A stretch of 64,000 nucleotides of DNA from Eledone cirrhosa. Its lineage: Eukaryota. Position 1 is the stretch's first letter. Each line of letters starts with the position of its first letter. Shown here in pieces: positions 59,390 through 64,000 of this stretch. Location of the stretch: contig OZ024742.1 of NCBI GenBank assembly GCA_964016885.1, positions 345,464,001 through 345,528,000 of the forward strand. The letters run 5' to 3'. The notes below the pieces were generated by a model. That model saw only the letters and a program-made list of their open reading frames with translations. It did not search any database and was not told where the DNA came from. The translations under genes were made by a program, and so were the position numbers.

Positions 59390-59945
59390 TGGTGGCTGCC
59401 AACTCGTTTTCGAGTACGGCCACTACTTTATATCGATGTAGGAGAACTCCTACCGATGCGCTGAACGAGTGTGACTTTTTAGTCTAGCCAGCGACTTGAA
59501 AAGTCTGGTACAAACACTACACCTGTGACAATGATTGACACATAGTACTGGGCCCTTGGTACCATGTGACGACAAGTGCAGAAAGATCTCTAGATGTAAA
59601 GCAATGCCTGTGCCGTGAAGCTTTTATATTGAGCAAAGGCACTGCACAAAGCCAGTCCCACTCTCTTAACCAAGATGATATTTACCAAAAAGAAGAACAA
59701 GTCAACATCATTGGATACAATCTGAGTTGTAGGTGTTATATCAGAGTTTCCCTTCTCCTAGAATTCTGCCTTGACAAAGGCTAAGGGGTCATCTCTCCCG
59801 GTGATTTTGGATGGCCATTGACTCTTAAGAGCTCCTTTGCCCTTTGACAGGTTTTGTTTTTAGTCCTGCAGGATGTCCAAAGTCACCCTCCTCACCAAAA
59901 AACCTTGGTGGGGTTGCCAGTTTAGTCGCCAACGACCCGACCATG
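59390..59945 (-). mobile_element. non-autonomous bipartite RTE-like element
   Basis: 5'UTR joined directly to the 3' end near 59730. Homologous to 30426-31588 and embedded in (CATA)n. Confidence 0.72.
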
Positions 59946-60042
59946 ATACATACATACATACATACATACATACATACATACATACATACATACATACATA
60001 CATACATACATACATACGTATTCTATGCGGAATTATTTCTGC

Positions 60043-60356
60043 CACCACCACCACCACCACGATCACCACACCACCACCACACGACCACCACAACACCACC
60101 ACCACAAAACCACCACCACAACACCACCACCACTACCACCACCACTACCACCACCACACGACCACCACCACAACACCACCACCACAAAACCACCACCACA
60201 ACACCACCACTACCACCACACTACCACCACAACACCACCACCACCACCACAACACCACCACCACAACAACAACACCGTCACCGCGACCACCACCACCACC
60301 ACAACACCACCACCGCGACCACCAACCACAACAACAATAACATCAACAACACCGTC

Positions 60357-60388
<32 letters not shown>

Positions 60389-60413
60389 CTACAACTACAG
60401 CAACAGCACCACT

Positions 60414-60444
<31 letters not shown>

Positions 60445-60478
60445 TCAACAACACCATCACCATCACCAACAACAACAT
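60043..60478. repeat. (CAC)/(CAA) trinucleotide mosaic
   Basis: Low complexity. Confidence 0.9.
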
Positions 60479-60637
60479 TCTAGCAAACCATTTAAAACAT
60501 TTGAGAAGATGAATAACAGTTGAAAGGCAAACTTAAGTTTATCTCATGAATTTATGAAAATTTACAAAGGGAATCTAAATGTAAAAACATCTCTCAATTT
60601 GTTTACCAACCGTAGAGATTTGTATTTTATTAATACA

Positions 60638-61379
60638 CTAGCAGATTTACCCGGCGTTGCCCAGGGTTTGAAATTATGCTAAGAATATACAGCTAGGAAG
60701 TAAAAAAAGAAAATTATTTGTCCACAACCTGTCAAAATAAGCAGTAGTCTTCAATAATTAATGCAAACGAATATTCAGTGCAATTTTGTACACAAAACTA
60801 TGCTGATAATGAAGGAAAATTTTGTTTTAACTGATTTCTTCATTGTAATAATAGTTTTTTTTAATAAATTCACAATATCCCGGAAGCATAGATAATGCCT
60901 GCCTCAAATATGGACGAAACTACCTTAAAAATGTAAAAGTTGTAGCTCCCAACGGTTTGAATGAAAAGTCCCATAAGGATTGTTTTTAGATTGATTTCTC
61001 CCTTACAGCATACACTTTAGAAAAAATAATCTTCTTGCATTACCTCGATGGCATAGGCAATGTCTGCCTCTCATTTGGTAAAAAAAGCTCGAAAAATGTA
61101 AAAGTAATTGCAACTTTTAATTTGCTTGGAAAATCCCATAAGGATTTTGTCTTCATTGTTATCTGCCTTACATCATGCACTTTAGAAAAAATAATTTTGC
61201 TATCGATAATTTTGCTCTCGATTTTGAAAAAAAAATGTGTGATGTGCCCATCTTAGCGACATGTGCAACGTGCACAGAAAATTTGGTCAAATTCGGTTGG
61301 GAATTGTAAAAGCCTTAGGTGTCCAAATTTGTACACAGACACACACACACACATCCTCGCTTTTATATATATATATAGG
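60638..61379 (-). mobile_element. non-autonomous Helitron
   Basis: 3' hairpin CCCTGGGCAACGCCGGG..CTAG|T like the autonomous copy. 5' end with (TA)n/(TG)n. Internal ~165-bp duplication (60886-61030 / 61051-61196). Confidence 0.75.
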
Positions 61380-61801
61380 TAAGTGGAGCGGGGGGTTTCA
61401 ACACATTGACGTGGAGTAAGAAATATAGTTCAGTTGAAAGAAGAATTAGCTAAGTTTTAGATAAAATAGAGACGTATTTTATTTCCTTTTTCATCAAAGT
61501 ACTTCAAAAATAGGTAGGAATATTTAAATAATTCAAAAATAGATATTGTCCTGTTTATCAATAAATCTTATCAATCAATGATGATATTTTCCCATTCTTA
61601 AATTTAAGAAAGAAATCATATTTCAATGTGTTACATCAAATATTTTGAGAAATTCTTCACTTTTCTATTTCACAGTTTCACCACATAAGCCCGTAAACAA
61701 AGGAGTCTCGCTGCATATCTATGCTCAACCTTCTAGAAATAGCAGCCAAATCCCTTCATGAAATTACACCATACTATCATAAACAGAAAGGACATTTTAA
61801 A

Positions 61802-62000
61802 TAATGGTTTCTTATATAGGCATAAGGCCAGCAATTTTGGAGGAGGGGAAAGTCGATTAAATCGACCCCAGTGCGTGACTGGTACTTTATTTTATCGACC
61901 CGGTAAGGATGAAAGGCAAAGTTAACCTCGGCGGGATTTGAACTCAGATCATAAAGAGCCGTAACTCTATGCTGCAAAACATGGCATCCGACACTCTACC
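61802..62000 (-). mobile_element. SINE, slightly 5'-truncated
   Basis: SINE core. TSD GACATTTTAAA at 61791-61801 and 62001-62011. Confidence 0.88.
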
Positions 62001-62239
62001 GACATTTTAAACAATGTTGTCCTATATGTTTGAATTATATGAAATGAAACGATAAGGTCATAGCTGGAATACCTTTGAGGATAAACAACAACACTACCAA
62101 AACCAACACGGAATACGGGACATCTAAATAGAGCCCCCATATGCTAGAAATAGCAGCACATTTTCCCTCGAATAACATTGTAGAGTCTGAAATGAAAGTG
62201 ACACTCATATCAGTTAATGAAGTCGTAGTTATCTCTAAG

Positions 62240-62375
62240 TCGTTAGAGCGTCAGTTAGAATGATTTGCGGTATTCATGTTCGTTTTCTGCTCTCTAAACT
62301 CAAATCCTGCCGAGATCTACTTTGCCTTTCAACCTTTCGAGGTCGATAAAAATAGTACCAGCCTTGTACTGGGGT
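62240..62375 (+). mobile_element. degenerate SINE
   Basis: CTCAAATCCTGCCGAGATCTACTTTGCCTTTCAACCTTTCGAGGTCGATAAAA. Confidence 0.7.
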
Positions 62376-62789
62376 TAATTCCTTCTCTATGTCTCTCTCT
62401 CATTTCCATTCTATCACTTTCTCTATCCTTCTTTGGTAGAAATCTGCTGTGTTCAGACCTGGAGAGAAGATGAACTCCGCGAGGCTTAAAATGACCAAGA
62501 AACGTCGTTTGCGACTAGGGTGCCCCTACGATTCCCTCATGAGTTTCGTGACTAAAGAAGAGCTATCCCTAAAAGACTATATTATCACATGTGGTACACC
62601 TTTATCACAGGTTTTCTCGATCAGTTTTTGCCTGAGGCTAAAGACCAACAAAATCAACCGTTACACTCCAATGACTGTCACTTGAAACTGTATCTATTAG
62701 AACTTAGAATATTACATCCAGCGAAAAGGAAAGTTTATGGAGACGCTGTATTGACACACAGTTTATCCTAGACATTGTAAACGTAATGA

Positions 62790-63133
62790 AAGCCTTCGTT
62801 TCTTCTCCAAATCGAGAGATCACAGCTCCGATACTATGGGCATGTTGTTAGAATATCTCAAGAAAGAATCGCTGGACAGATTTTACGGGGGAAAATCAAA
62901 CGACAGGAGACCCAGGGGTCGACCCCGAACAGGATGGTTGGATCACATGCATGAACTTGGTTGGACTCACTTGGGGATCCAGCTGGATCAGTTGGAGATG
63001 GTTGCTTCTGACAGGACTTGCTGGAATCTGCCCCCATAACCCTCTCAGGAATAAGTGGTGGTAGAAGAAGAAGAAGAAGAAGAAGAAGAAGAAGAAGAAG
63101 AAGAAGAAGAAGAAGAAGAAGAAGAAGAAGAAG

Positions 63134-63162
<29 letters not shown>
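62790..63162 (+). mobile_element. RTE-type LINE 3' fragment with (GAA)n tail
   Basis: QLRYYGHVVR..., RPRGRPRTGWLD...LEMVASDRTCW, then (GAA)n at 63064-63162. Confidence 0.75.
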
Positions 63163-63164
<2 letters not shown>

Positions 63165-64000
63165 CGTCGTCGTCGTCGTCGTCGCCGCCGCTCTGCAGGT
63201 CTTAACACAGCCGATTGTTTCCAGAGAAGAAGAGAGACAAAGGGTGCTAGAGATATAGAGATAGTAAACGAATTCGACCTCAGAACATAGAGAGACGGAA
63301 CATATAAAGAAGTATTTAATCCAATTCCCTAATGAATATTTCAAGTTACTCCTTTAGTAAAAACAATAAAATATTCATACTTTTGGCCGATTCCGAAATT
63401 GATAGGAGAATCGCCGCCTGCATTACTTGATACCGATCACTGTTTCCCCATAAAATAATGAACTTTCTTCTGAAAAGAAACTTTAATCTTAGACGTCCTC
63501 GGACAATTTGCACTATCAAGTTATTATCTGTAATTAATTTGGCAAAGATGTGAGATAAAAGCAAAATAATCGAATGCAGGCAATATCTGGCTAACTTATA
63601 GAGTCTGGCGTTTATTTATAATTCAACACAAAACTTATTTCTCCATGCACAACTTGAGGATGGGGAGACTACGTGATAGACAGATTTTGTTCAAAATAAA
63701 CAAATATAATTCCTCTATCTAATAACCTATATATGACAGATAGCTTTAGGTCATAAGAGGAATAACGCATCCATTTAAATAGTATAATTTATAGGAGATA
63801 TGGAATTATGATTGTATTGGGAAAGATTGTACTACACCAATTAGGAAACAAACTAGGACATGGTAAATTAAGAAAAACTAACAGTTTAAACTGTTGAACG
63901 GTACATAAATGAACAGTATATAAATGTACTGTATATATAACTTATAGAATAGGGTGAAAACCCTCAAATTCTTCATAGCGGCCGATGGCAACATCTTTTT

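Noticed and set aside
59844-60512. Thr/Pro/His/Asn-rich mucin-like ORFs
   Set aside because: (CAC)/(CAA) repeat that is open in several frames.
62858-63344. poly-E/R/L/S ORFs
   Set aside because: (GAA)n LINE tail.

Overview
AT-rich animal DNA saturated with (TA)n/(CA)n/(CATA)n microsatellites and almost entirely transposon-derived. The repeat style and SINE family suggest a cephalopod (octopus-like) genome, which is an inference. No host gene can be supported. Content: several families of Penelope-like retroelements (PLEs; RT + C-terminal GIY-YIG), a complete but frameshifted 6.6-kb Helitron plus a non-autonomous one, a stack of RLE-type (R4/Dong-like) LINE 3' ends in (CATA)n, RTE LINE pieces, many tRNA-derived SINEs, two MITEs and a tRNA-Leu pseudogene. 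The most striking signal is that about 13 PLE-derived insertions from unrelated families are head-to-head fold-backs (0.2-6.7 kb) in (TA)n tracts. Each has one short and one tail-extended 3' end. Most carry minimal type-I hammerhead ribozymes with palindromic stem III, including candidate U3:A8 core variants, and several fold-back centres fall on the ribozyme itself. All coordinates and identities were read by eye.
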